Shown: positions 13,901-26,249 of the stretch, one piece after another
How the letters are laid out: every line of letters starts with the position of its first letter
Numbering within the stretch: the first letter of the stretch is position 1
Source: Takakia lepidozioides
Lineage: Eukaryota; Plantae; Bryophyta
Direction: 5' to 3'
DNA: 64,000 bases
Assembly (NCBI GenBank): GCA_030704615.1
Contig: CM060731.1
Location: 28,396,001-28,460,000 of the forward strand
Made by a program: the position numbers and the translations under genes
Notes under the pieces: model-generated
What the model saw: only the letters and a program-made list of their open reading frames with translations
Told to the model about the DNA's origin: nothing
Database searches by the model: none

Positions 13901-16900
13901 CCTGCCACTGATCCTCAAATTCACACTGAATGATGCCAGGGATTTTACACAGGTAGTTGGCACCTTTCCTGTGTGACAGCTGACAAAACTTGCATTGGAG
14001 GATAAAACTATCATACCACTGAGAGGTTCATTGTCACTATTCTCTTCTTCGCTGCTGTAGCCTGAAACAGGAGCTTTGGACCTGTGTCTCTTTCGCCCTG
14101 GTTCCCTCGGTCTCTCATCTCCAGAAGTTGCAGTGTCAGCCCTCTCATTGACATAGAAGTCCTCATCCTCGTCATTATGTGTGAAGCCCCCAGCGTACCT
14201 GGGGAGTACTCTACTTTAGCACTCGGAGGTGGTTGAACATGATCCAGAGAATGTGAGCATTGTGGCAACAAATAAGTGTAGTTGGCATTTCATATGAAAG
14301 GAGAGATGCAAGATAGAAGTGGTTGTAAGGAGTCTGTAATTATGTCACAACACTGGATAAGAAATTTTGAGGGTCTTCCCACTTTTCTGGCCGGGAGGAC
14401 ACCTTGATGTACTTGATAAACAGCTTACCTCACTGGCATCTATTACAGGAGTACCTCTTGCAGTTATTTCACAGACTAACAGAAGAAAAAGCTGACCTGG
14501 ACCCACGTGCTCCCCCCCTTCCTCGGCCCCGACCCCTGTGTCTGCTTTGCACACTGCGGAACTTGCCATGCGCTTTCCTTACGATCGCTGCTGCTGTTGC
14601 CTTTGCTGTGGTGCGCCGCCTTGCTATCGCATCTGACTGTCGCTTGAAAGTGTCAGCAATGTTTGCCTGGATCTGTGAACATAATAAGAGTTAATAGTGA
14701 ATGGAGAATTTCCAAGAAAATTGTCAATTGCAGTATGTCCATTTGACCTGACGCTCCTTGGAAAAAATCCTAGAGAAGAATCTGACCAAGTTACTCTGAC
14801 ATCTAGTTGTCATATCAATGTGAAAAATCTCCCAAGTTTTCTCTGATAACCCTTGCCCCTTCTTCTTAAGCACCAAGATCTAAAATTTGGGGATTCCTCC
14901 TGTCATCCCACCAGTATATACTGCCAAAAGAGAAGTACAAAACGTGAAAGTCTTTCTCCTATTTCAATGAACCTCAAATGCATATTGACTTTGCACTAAC
15001 ATTGTAGCTATTTCTTATCTGCCATCATGCAGACTGACCTGTGGTATCGTAACTACGTATCAAATTGAGATACATGCAAAACCATGATGGTAAGAATGCT
15101 GGATCTGCTCAATTTAACATCCCCCCCACAGAAAAGTTACAAAGATATGTACCTGTCTGTTAACACGAGCTTCCTCATCGAGAAGGGCCATTTCCTTGCC
15201 AAGCAGTGAGGAAGAACAAACTGTTAGCTTCAGACTGCAGATAACATTATGAACCAAGTCCAGCAACTCCTAAAAACTCATGTTACAGAGTTTTGTTAAT
15301 TAAAAGTTTTCCAAAGTTTGGGATTATGACTAAGATAGCCATCTTTCATTCTCATCCGCTTCCGATCATGTATTACAACAGGTGTTGCTTTCTTGCTTTC
15401 CCCAACACCCTTGTGACTGACAAAGCTGGGCATGCGCATGTTGTAAGGGACCTTGACAGAGTCACCCTAGCTTCCATCATACCAAAAGTCCCTTGACATC
15501 ATTTGCCAAATCTACAGAATGCAACAATTTGAATCACAACTGTATAAGCACATACATGTTCCTCATACTCGTCAATGTCTGGATAGATGACTGCAACCAA
15601 TGCATCAAAGTTGGGGTCGTCTCTCAAAGAACGTCGACTTGCACAGTGAGTCCGACAGGCAGGACACTCATTGTTTCTGCACACCAAGTTGATAATACAA
15701 GAAACAGTTCCAACTATGACCAGATTTCCAGCAGTGTGCCTTTCTCATTCAGACATATAAGGCCCAAACAAAAAGACAAGGTCTGTCTCGCCATTGTGGC
15801 ATTTCATCACTGCTCAAGCTAAGGAACAGACTGTGGACAGACATAAACGTCTGAAATCAGTAACTTTATTGGACAATTACATAAATGCTTCTCTCACTGA
15901 TCACCTGGCAAACGATGCTTAAATATTTCGGCTACAGCTACTTCCACTACGTTAACAAACTGATATGTACTCTTTTGACTGTCTGAGTACGTTTGACACT
16001 TAAATCAACATTACAATGGCATCCACCAACCGAAATTTAGCAGTTCTTTTGTACACAAACTGAATATTTTGTCCTCATCTCTGTGTACTTCATCGTTCGG
16101 AGAAAAATGTAGCGTGGACGGCCCTTGCGATCTTTCACATTGCCTTCAACACATTCTACTCCAAAACTGGTGTTCCCTCTTGCACTAGGAGTACTGTCTC
16201 GTCACGATAACTGGACTCATGCCTGTCCAGTTAATAGTTAGGAACGGCCTAGAGTATAGGACTTTTAACCTGCATGTAGTGAAGTGCCAATGAGGATATA
16301 ATCAACTGTGACTCTCAGAAAATAGTCATCCCTGACTACAACTGATTATAGAAGGTGACATGTGGTCAAGACCCTTTCCCAGCAGCCGGACAAGCAGTAT
16401 GGGTTGACTTTCAAGGAGGTGAATAAGATAGGAGTAAGATTTATGTCTTACCCAAGCCGCATGGACTTATCAATGCACTCTCTGCAAAACCGGTGGAGGC
16501 ACTCCATGACTGTTCTGGTCTTCCGAATGATGCCTGTCCAAAGAAAGAAAAGCTAGTCAAGAGGCCAGGCAAGAAGTATCCACAGAGGTGAGATCCCAAA
16601 GTGAAAGATACGCCCTATTCACATACCACACACAAACAATACAGAAACTGATGTAGAGGGCAACCAGGCATCTCTTACCAAGACAGATGGGACATTGCAT
16701 CTCCTTGCGAACATCAGTACGACAAATTGTGATTACGCTGAGCCAGAAACCAACACACAAATGTAAATACTCTCCCTTTGGAGACAGTTCCGATGCATAC
16801 ACCCTTTGATGCAAGAACGGAACATAGAAATTACTGTCTCATTTTCAACCTAATGTATCCTCTATCAACTCTCTTCTTTCTGGCTAACAGGAAGCACTTC

Positions 16901-18198
16901 CAATATAACTCTTTTTCCACCTCTGCTACATTGTACAAATAGTTGCTACTAGTTATCATCCTGATGGAATTTCTCTGACTAGCCCTACAAACCTAGGTTT
17001 CAAGAGGATTTCACCAATATTTGTCTGCCTTTGTCCCTCTGGCCATATTAAAATACATCTAAACATATGACATTGCAATGGATACATCGTGAACCTGAAG
17101 AACCCGGGAAATCAGGTGAGCCAATTTAATAGATCTGGTAAATTTCAAGCCATGTGCACAACTGTGTACAAAATATAGTGAAATAAGGAGCTAGATATGT
17201 GCAGGGGAAGTTGGTAAGTGTATTTTATAGATACATGGCATCAGTTTGGCTTGTATGTAGAAGTATATAGACGAGAAGACGAGGCTTTGGCCAAAAGAGT
17301 ATCCGAGTCCGAGCATACTCTGTTCTGAGCATATACGATGATAGTTGCAGATAGGAGATTGGGGCAAAATGACAGGCTGTGCATACGCTTACAAACACAA
17401 TCACGGAAAGCATACATAACTGAGGAGGCAGCTGTCTCACCACCTAAACCGGCTATATTACTAGTTGGAACGAACGACCAAGGTGGCAAGATCTTATATA
17501 ATTTATTACAGCAGACATAAAGAAGAACTAGAAATTTGAATAGGTATAGAGAACGAGAGCAAGAGTAACATACTCGGGGTTCGGTCCATCGGAAGGGGAT
17601 GCTGCACCTGCCATAGAGCCATCAGAGACAGAATTCACCAACTGGTTTAGCATACCATCCACGTAAGAGATCCTGCTGACTTACAAGTGCGAAATATTCC
17701 GAATGACCAAAACAATACGTTTAGCATTCAATTGTTCACAGGAGAGATAAAAACTCCCGTGCACCAAAGCCACCCCAGGAACTTGACAAAGTACCACTTT
17801 TCTACTTCCTGAAAATAACCTGCACTGAATTTTTCGTTGTTTAACAGTGCAAACGGACGATACCGAGTGTATAATGACCGGTAGTAGGTGTAGCAGTAAA
17901 AAAACTGTGATAATTTTAGACCTCCCTGCTCTTCGATCGATCACAGGGAGTCGTACATTTTTACGGGAATACTGCACTGGCACCTATGAGAATTTGTCCA
18001 CATCTACTAACAAGAAAGTAAACGACATATCACGTTAATATGCCACAATTGGAGCTAGCAGCAGGGCACTGCGCGTGAGTCCAGAATTCACGTGCAATAG
18101 ACGACGCAAAGAAGGAGAATGTTAACGGCACATATCACAATACCATCATCACTAGGTGCATTCGGATGCTCGGGATCCATACGCCCTTGAGCTGGCAT
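10897..18198 (-). CDS. RING1: PRC1 E3 ubiquitin ligase RING1 (RING finger plus RAWUL domain), about 12 exons
   Basis: Starts MPAQ at 18198. Exons 18144-18198, 17574-17607, 16679-16737, 16452-16533, 15556-15676, 15153-15194, ~14497-14672, ~14015-14198, ~13045-13322, ~12568-12691, ~11691-11919, 10897-10923. Spliced RING region [66 protein letters not shown]; [13 protein letters not shown] motif; [27 protein letters not shown]...RNL|ELLYRRKN*. Confidence 0.95.
11111..11434. mobile_element. MITE (Tc1/mariner- or Stowaway-like) in the last intron of RING1
   Basis: 25-bp TIRs with a perfect 19-bp core GTTGCTGTCAGATTCGACA (11117-11135 and 11410-11428). Flanked by TA on both sides (11109-11110, 11435-11436). 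AT-rich 324-bp body. Confidence 0.8.
12322..12550. repeat. 113-bp tandem duplication in a RING1 intron
   Basis: ggatatcattacgtca..gatgcattccagtgtggtatgtagctgcag... occurs at 12343 and 12456. Confidence 0.85.
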
Positions 18199-20899
18199 TG
18201 CTGCTGTAACCAAATACTTTCCTTTTCTTTCCCCTTCACTCTCGCTGTCTCTCTCACAGACTCCTCCCTCTCCGCCAGGAAAGAAATCAGGTTGCATCCA
18301 ATAGTATTCCAAGGCCTAGCTCTCCCGACAAGCCTGCTTCATGGCCGCTTTCAGCAGCGCATAACCTTCTTCTCTCTCTATTATGGCCCTTGCCGAGGCT
18401 TTCTCTTCTCTGTCTTCGTGCAAAGCAAAATTTTGTCGAATGATCTTCAGAGCGAACCACGCTACCCGGTCTTCCGCCCGCGCCCGGTCGACGGCCGGGC
18501 GCCCCATTTTCTAGACCCGCCCTCGCCAAACCTCGACTCCGAACCTCTGTATTAGGTTCGGGACATTGTAGTCTCTTGGTCATTCTCTTCATTTTTCCTA
18601 GTGACTATTTAATTTTATTTTGAAAAGGGAAACACGGATCCCACAGTAAGCCTTCACGGCCCCAGGGTGGTTATTTTTTCCACTTCCTTGTATCTTCAAA
18701 TCATCCGTTAATAAATTACCAGGGCCACTGTCCCCTGTTCTGTAACAAAACCAAAAAAAAAACACGGGAGACAAAGGACAACTGCCGGCGCTACCCGAAA
18801 GCCCCTTAATTATACTCCCAATTTATTATTAGTTGGGAGTAGGCTACCAGGGGCCCTTTTAGTTTTTTTGTTTCTTGTCTGGGAAAGGGAAGGAAGCCCT
18901 TGAGACCTTTATTGCTGATTATTGCAGGGAAACAAACTAAAACCCTTACATGCCCCAATATTTGCATTAAGGACTTTCGCAAGATGAATTATAGTCACGG
19001 TGTCATTCTACTTTTCTTACTTTCTACAAGGAAAAGGGGCGCACTTGAAGAGACTGAAGAATAAATAAAACCAAATAGAGGTAATGAGTTAATCAGCACA
19101 GACCTTAGGGTAGTAAACCTGCTACTAAGTTATCGCATTTGTCCCCAGAACAAAAGATGAGACAAGGAAGTGAGACTTTCTAACCATTTTACGGCAAGGA
19201 CTTTGAAGTGCCGGACTCTCTCAAGTTGTTTTTTTTTTTTTCCAAGCTTTCACTTCAAGTTGTGGATTGTGCCTAGAGTGTATGAATTGTTTTATTAAAA
19301 AAACAAATGAAACACAAACTTGTCCTTGGAGTTTTATATACCTATAGTCAAATTTGGGGAGAAAAACATACTGAGCACATAGCGCACGCATGTGATTTAT
19401 GGGTTCCGATCCCGCTACCTAAGTTGTGTGTGATAGTATCTTTTCATCATTCCATTTGGGCCGTGTTTGTGCTTGGCGCCTCATGGCTTGAAAGAGGTTA
19501 TTTTTCTTCTCAGTAATTAAGAGGCCTAGTTTGAGAGCAGTCATTCCCAGGCATCTCCCTTTTCTTTTCTTTCAACTTTGGACAATTGAGACTGTGTCTG
19601 CCTAAATAGTTGATTAAAAGACCCCATATGTGACTACTGAAGATGACTTCCGCCTCCTTTTCTCTGCTCTGTTGCTCTGTGTGGAGCCTGTCATGGGGAG
19701 GTTGCCCCTTTGTGAGCTTTGCGGCATCTTCCATGATTATTTTTCCCATGCCCTTCTGATTTGATCAATGGGCTTTGTCCCCCCCCCTTTTTTTTTTCTT
19801 TTTTTTTATGAAAGGGGACAGAAGCCCTGTTGATCCCCTTTTCCAACCCAAAAAATAGATTAATTAATAGGACAAGAAGGTTATCAGTTCTAGCAAAGAT
19901 AAGTATTTAACATATTGACTTATATTATCAAGTACTAAACCCAGCCTTGATAAGTCGGATGTGCGACGTGCGAACGGGCTAAAACAGGTAATCAAAAGAA
20001 ACTAGGCTCGGACCCAAGCCTCTTCTCCTTCTCCACCGTCTGCTGTGAGTGAGGTCGGGCTGCCCGGTCCCATTTTGTTTGAATGAAAGAAAAGTTGATT
20101 CCACTGTCCAGCCTATGATAGTGTGGGGGTCAGGGAGGCAAATCCTACAACAGTATGTGGAACTTCATCCAGACAGTCAGTGGATGACAGTGTTATATTG
20201 GGAGAGGAAGAGGTCTCTGTGGATGGAAATGGGGAAAGAAGTCAGAGCCTTGTCAAGTGGCTCTAGGTAGGTACACCAAACAGGAGCTTGATCTGTGCTT
20301 TCCTCCTTCGTCACAGACTTTCTTCCCAGTGTGGAATTGGGAAATTGGGAATCTGTGCTTCCTACAGTCTCGAGTATCTCAGGAGCTCGCTGGGTAGGGA
20401 GGAGGCGGCTGATCATATTTTTTGAGAATGTGAAGACTGCCATGCCAGTGGCGGGATTGCCTTCCTGCAGAATTTTGTTGTTATGATGAGTAGGGCGGGC
20501 GGGTCATAAGCTCACAACCCAAGAAAGTTTTAACTTGGGTAATTGCTTGGGAATGTGCATTTTGATTTTCAAACATGGTCTCCAACTTCAATTGTGAGCT
20601 AACAGCAGGTTCAGTTCATACCTGTCAACACATAGAATGATGAGCAACAGTTGGAGTGTACCTTTCCCAGTTCCTTGGCCATCATCACTTAGATAGATAA
20701 TTAAAAGTCGAGGCGAGACATTCTCTCTTGCAAACTGAATTGCTGTCCCTCTCTCCCAGCTGGAATCTTTCTCTCTCACCCTGTGTGAGAAGGACGATTC
20801 TAGGCTAGTGGGTTGTTCTTAAGGAACTGAAGTTGAATTCCTTTGCAGCATTCAGGGGTAGCAGTGTAGTCCCGTGGGTTTGTATCACAGGAAGACGAA

Positions 20900-23800
20900 A
20901 TGGAGAGTGTGGGGGAGGAGGAGGCGACAGTGGCGCATCGATGGACCCGGCATGAGACACTGGTGATGGCGAATGCACTCAAAGCAAGGGAGGAAGCCGC
21001 CCACGATGTAGTAACCAAGAGTACGGTAGGCGCAACCAGTGACAAGTGGGAAACCATCTCCAAGTACTGCCGCAGCCATGGTGTGCCGCGCACGAGTGGA
21101 CAGTGTTGCAACCGGTGGAGTAAGAATATCTACCATGACTATCGCCGAGTGCGAGATTGGGAGAAGCAGGCGGGGGTTGAATCATACTGGAAGATGAAAG
21201 AGAAGAAAAGGAGAGAGAACAAGCTTCCCATATGCCTTGATGAGGAGGTCTACAGTGTTCTGGTTTCATTTCTTGACCCGGATTTGAAGAGAACAGGCAC
21301 CCCAGAATCAGAGGTGGATAGTGATAGACCCACGCAGCATGTATCTCCCGCAGCTGGCCCGGACTCCATAGGGGTCCATCAAAGGGGATCTGCTGTCGCG
21401 GCTCCTCCTCCTGAGTCTGGTAGGTCCATTCTCTTCACTGTCCAGCCTCTACTACTGTCTTTTTGTTAGGGTTTATTCATCTTTCTCTTGCCTTTATGTG
21501 CCCAATGACCCCGTCCCTATCTCTGTGTTTTCTTTTGTGGAGTGGTCGTGCGCTTTTGGTCTCTGGAAATGAAGGCACGCTCGCTTTGAAGAAAGCAGGG
21601 TCATATGAATGATCAAGTGCTTCTGAATTCCACGTCGCCTTCGCAATGGATAAGGCCCTCTCCCCTCTCTGCTGTCCACAACACTCTACAGCTATAGTGG
21701 TGGCAGGTCCTGAGAAGTTAGTAGGCTCCCACCGTTTGTCATGAAGACCCCTTCTCTATCTCTGTTTTGAGCATGAAGAAAACTGAATGGTTGGAAGATG
21801 CATCAGGGCACATTGTAACCCCTTCCTACAATCTGGATGAAACTCAATTCATCAGTTTAACAGCATTTGCTTGGGTCTTTAGTGAATTACCCAAAACATT
21901 AAACACACCACAAGGGTTTTAAGATGCTCCAGTTGTGTGCAACTGGGGCATGTGGTGATATGGCAAATTGGATCAAATATGAATGGAGGGTTTCCTCCTC
22001 GGAAGATGCAAGCACTAGTGCACTGAACAGGGCATTTAGTCAGAAAGGTGATTGTCAGATGTCCATGCCAGATAACTCAATCAATTCATCATAGGTTACC
22101 AACTTTCATGGTTGTACCAACACTAGGCTTTTGGAACATCACAATCATGTGAGGTGATATAACCCATGGGTACTGTCTGACATAAATAGATAAATTTCTG
22201 CCTTTTCCAAACTTTTGAACAAAGGCGAGCAACACTCACGATGGATATGTGACTTGAGAATTGGGGGCACTATTTCAGGTGGAACAGCACTTCTGTCTGA
22301 CTTTGCACGACTTCAGGCAAGGGTGGCTGCCAGTGGGGATTCTTTGCCCAGCATCAAGAACCAATGCGAGAAAGGGAGTCAGACCGACAATCGTATGTGC
22401 CCTGATCTTTCTGTTGGTTCTTCACAGAAACCACGTTTTTTTGGATTGTGAAGCATGATCTGTTTGTGCAGTTAGTGTCGGTCCCCTTAATTTGGGCTCA
22501 TACTTTGGAAGTAGGCTCTGAGATAGACACACGGAAAGATGCACAGGGCAATTGCAGCATAGCAGTGGAAACCATGCTTAGAGTGTGTGGGTGGTCAAAT
22601 TATCTAGGGTCCGCTGGAGAGACCGAGGAGCTTAATCCTTCAGTGCGAAAGAGGAAGCGCTTGACTACAGCAGTGGTGGGGGATGACAAGGCTGCTCGAG
22701 CCAGCAATACAACCAAAGACCCTACCAAACCTGCGATTGATGTCGTCCGGCCCCACAATGGTGCCAGTCACCCTTTTGGTGAAAAGGCACCAGCTGGGGC
22801 TGACAGGAGCAGCTGGTCAGGGTGGGATGGGCAGCACAGTCTATCAGCACTGGAGGTGCGTCTGGCAGCACAGAATGAGGCATTGTGGGCACGCGTACGC
22901 CAGCTGAATGAGCAGGTAGTGCAGCTGGTAGACACCAGCAACCAGCGTCTCCAATCACAACTGCAGGCCTTCTTCTCCCAAATTTGTATGCAGCTACAGG
23001 TAAAGAACTTCTGCCCTTGAATGCCGTGACTTTGTTTCCCATACCAAACATGGTGGTGTTCTTAGATACTGCATCACTGGTTTCTTATTGGAAGTAAGGC
23101 TGGGCATGGTGGTCAGGTGGTGAGTGTTCAAATGCAGGCACAGGTGCATGAGGCGACACGAGCAGTGCAGTCAGAGCTACATATGGTCCTGCAGGCACAT
23201 TCGGACCAGGTTCAATCACAACTGCATTCACACCACTCCCTGGCTCCGCATCTTCCGGGCCCTACCCGAGACAAAGACAGGCAGGCTCAGAATGGGAGTT
23301 GGACGGGAAACAGAAGCGTGCGGGCCTCACTTGCTAATGACCTAGCCGACCCTGGCAAACACACAACCCCAAGTCATCCCCCTTGGCAAGTCAATCCTCG
23401 AAGAGAGCGGAATGCTGGACAAGGACAGGTGGACCAGTTTGAAGGACTGCCAGCTCATATTGCAGGACCTGAACCTCCTCACTCCATCACCAACATAGAC
23501 AGGTTTCTGAGGCAACAACAGGTGGTGCCTGCTGCAGAACCAAACTGGAACCAGGCTCGCTTTGTTATCAGTGAGCTCGATCGGGTCCTGGGATTTCAGC
23601 AAGCTGCTATTCCAGTTATTCCAGTTATCACTCCACCTGCAAAATGCACGTATGTTGTCAATGAAACAGATAGATCCATGAGACAGCAGCGGCACCCTGC
23701 TAACGGACAGAGCAGAAGAGTATCTGGCACTAGTGGCTCAACAACTGAACAGGCGGACATTGTCCCCCAGGGGTCATCCCCAGGTGCTGACAGAGAGGTG

Positions 23801-24049
23801 TATTTCAGGGCAACACAGGGAAGGTCAGACATTCCAATATATGGGCCAGTTCTAGCTCTGCCTAGGGTAGTCACCAGGATGGCCACAACACAGGTTTCTA
23901 GTGACGAGGATGAGCACGACAATGCAAGCCCAGATAGCAGTGACACAGTAGATGCAGACGAGAGACATAGTTTTGCACAGGAGGTAACTGCTCCCTTGTC
24001 AAAGACCAATAGTAGCCCAAAAGAGGTCGACGAACTACCTCGGGTCTAA
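20900..24049 (+). CDS. Trihelix (Myb/SANT-like) transcription factor, ASR3/SH4-like clade, 3 exons, about 600 aa
   Basis: Exon 1 (20900-21419) has RWTRHETLVM...KWETISKYCRSHGVPRTSGQCCNRW...DYRRVRDWE...SYWKM...RRENKLP..LDEEVY. Exon 2 (22608-22999) has an NLS RKRKR and a coiled coil. Exon 3 runs from ~23117 or ~23138 to 24049 and is low complexity. Junction phases fit. Confidence 0.85.
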
Positions 24050-26249
24050 TGTACAGTATAATGCTTTTGGAAACCATCCATGTGCAAGACTTGGGCGGGT
24101 AATCTAATCCAGTACATGCATGGTTCTACTTTGCCATGTTGGGGTTTGAGAATTGCATGGGCACGCCATGGAACCCCTTCCAGTGCTTGGCTCTGACGTG
24201 ACCCTTACAGTCCTTTTGCCAAGCTAGGTTACAACTAATGCAGGACCTGCTGGAACTTGTGTGCACCTTAATTTGGGTACTCCGATATGGGTCTACGCTT
24301 GCACACTTAGGGGCACAGATCGCATTTGCGTGGTGATCACCTACACTTCTGTAGTTTTGTCTGTGAGCTGGCATTGTAGTGGAAGTCCTGGAAAATCTAG
24401 GAGCTCAACTGTCATCATGCTGATAGCTCATTCTTCCCTTCAGATATTGTACCCCCACTGGGAAATGATAATTCATTAATGACCAAGTTATGGCACAGTG
24501 CAACTTGGAAGGGCTTAACCTGGATTACATGCTGGGCACAACCGCTGCTGAACTTGGTGGTACCCACTTTTTTGTGGAGTCTTCTACTTGGGTCCAATCG
24601 ATCGGGCACCTACTACCAACGTACCAAATTGGTAAGAAACTAATGTCCTAGTGTAATGTCCCAGGCTTGCAGGAGATTACAGAAGTCCCACTCCTGGGAT
24701 GATCATCCCAATGAGAATTGTGTAGCCACATTGGAGGATTGGAAGCACACGAGCAAGATAAATGAGGATGGCTGCAACTCACCCAACTAGACACGCAATT
24801 TGGGGGTGAGTTGAATGTGCTAGTCCACTTGTGAAGAACTAAAAATGGCAAATCAATGATGACTCTTTTTAGTTCTAGCTGTTTGTTTGCAGTAACCATG
24901 TGACAGGAAACTGGAAGTAAGCCCCGCTGAGTTGTTCCAGATGAGCTAACCTCGGTTGGTGGCCCAGATTTACAGTGCTCTACCTCCACAATTGAAACCA
25001 ATATTGAAAATTGCTCTGTTTGGACTTAACTATTACATGGTTTCCAGTTGCAGGCTGCTTGAGTGAAATATGGCAGCCTTGAAGGAATTATCATTGTACT
25101 TTCATACAATCTTGGCTAGAAATTCACTCAACTCGAAATGACCCACATGGTTTTATTGTACCCTAGAGCATCGGAGATGTGTAGTAGGTAAGGCCCCATG
25201 GCCTGATCAGCAACAAAGATGCTCTGCAGCAACCAGAAGGTGAGGGACACCACCAGTTTCACATAGTGTGGGGAGGCTCCCAGTATTCATTCATGCACAT
25301 GACACCAAGTCATTGAAAGCCATAGAAACGTCCTTAAAAGTGAGAGTTCCACCTTAGACCAGTATGGAGGTAACCACTGAGATTCTCACAGTTCTTTGGA
25401 ACTGTATGGAGCTAAGACACATGCTTTAAATACACCAATTTTGGATCCCATAGTTTCCTTTCAGGCAAGCAGCAGATACTGTCTATAGAAAGCCAGTCAC
25501 GAGACCCCTTCACGTGTTCCCTCCCTCAATCCATTGTAGTGCAAGACAGATACTGAACATGACATGCACAGGGAGACCATTGAAGCATGAGATGCAGAAG
25601 AGGACTGAGGGAGTGTGACAGAGACTTCTCTAGACATTTCTCCTTATTTTCAATGTCTCCGAAGTCCACAAAGTCTCTCTCATATGATAAGACCCTATGC
25701 AACCCCGTCGAATCATTGCAACAAAAGAGGATATGCTGGTTAGTCTTCCGAATGATGCCCACTGAATGATCCAAATTTGTAAAGTTAATGAATGGAGGCA
25801 GCCACAGCACAATTCACCCAAAATTCAAATCATGAACAATGAGGGTGAACTGCGCTGTCGCTGACTACATTGTGGATGCAAAATGTGGTCATAACACGAT
25901 TACCAAAAGAATGGCATCCAATGCAGTGTGCTCTTTGTTCTACTGCTCAAGGGCCTATGTACAAGCAGAATTATTACTCAAGCTTTAAACCATTCGACAT
26001 TTTCAGAGACGGGGAAAATATTATCAACCAGGACTGCCTGCTGCAACAATGTCCTGGCACCTTGAAGGGTCAAACTGCATGCATTCACATTTGTTTGCAA
26101 TCTTCTAAATACTGGAGTAACCGGGGTACATCCAAACTAGTACTCCATGAAGTGTGAAACGAGGTCAAGTAAAAGAACAAACACTAACATCCACTCGGCC
26201 TATTCCAAAATTGATATTTCTTGAAAGTTGCATTAGTTGAAGATGCTTT

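Noticed and set aside
25526-25810. ORF with GIIRKT...LHR...CLEKS and a 17-bp match to RING1 exon 4
   Set aside because: Cys spacing is not preserved and there is no flanking homology; one 17-mer match in 64 kb is plausible by chance.
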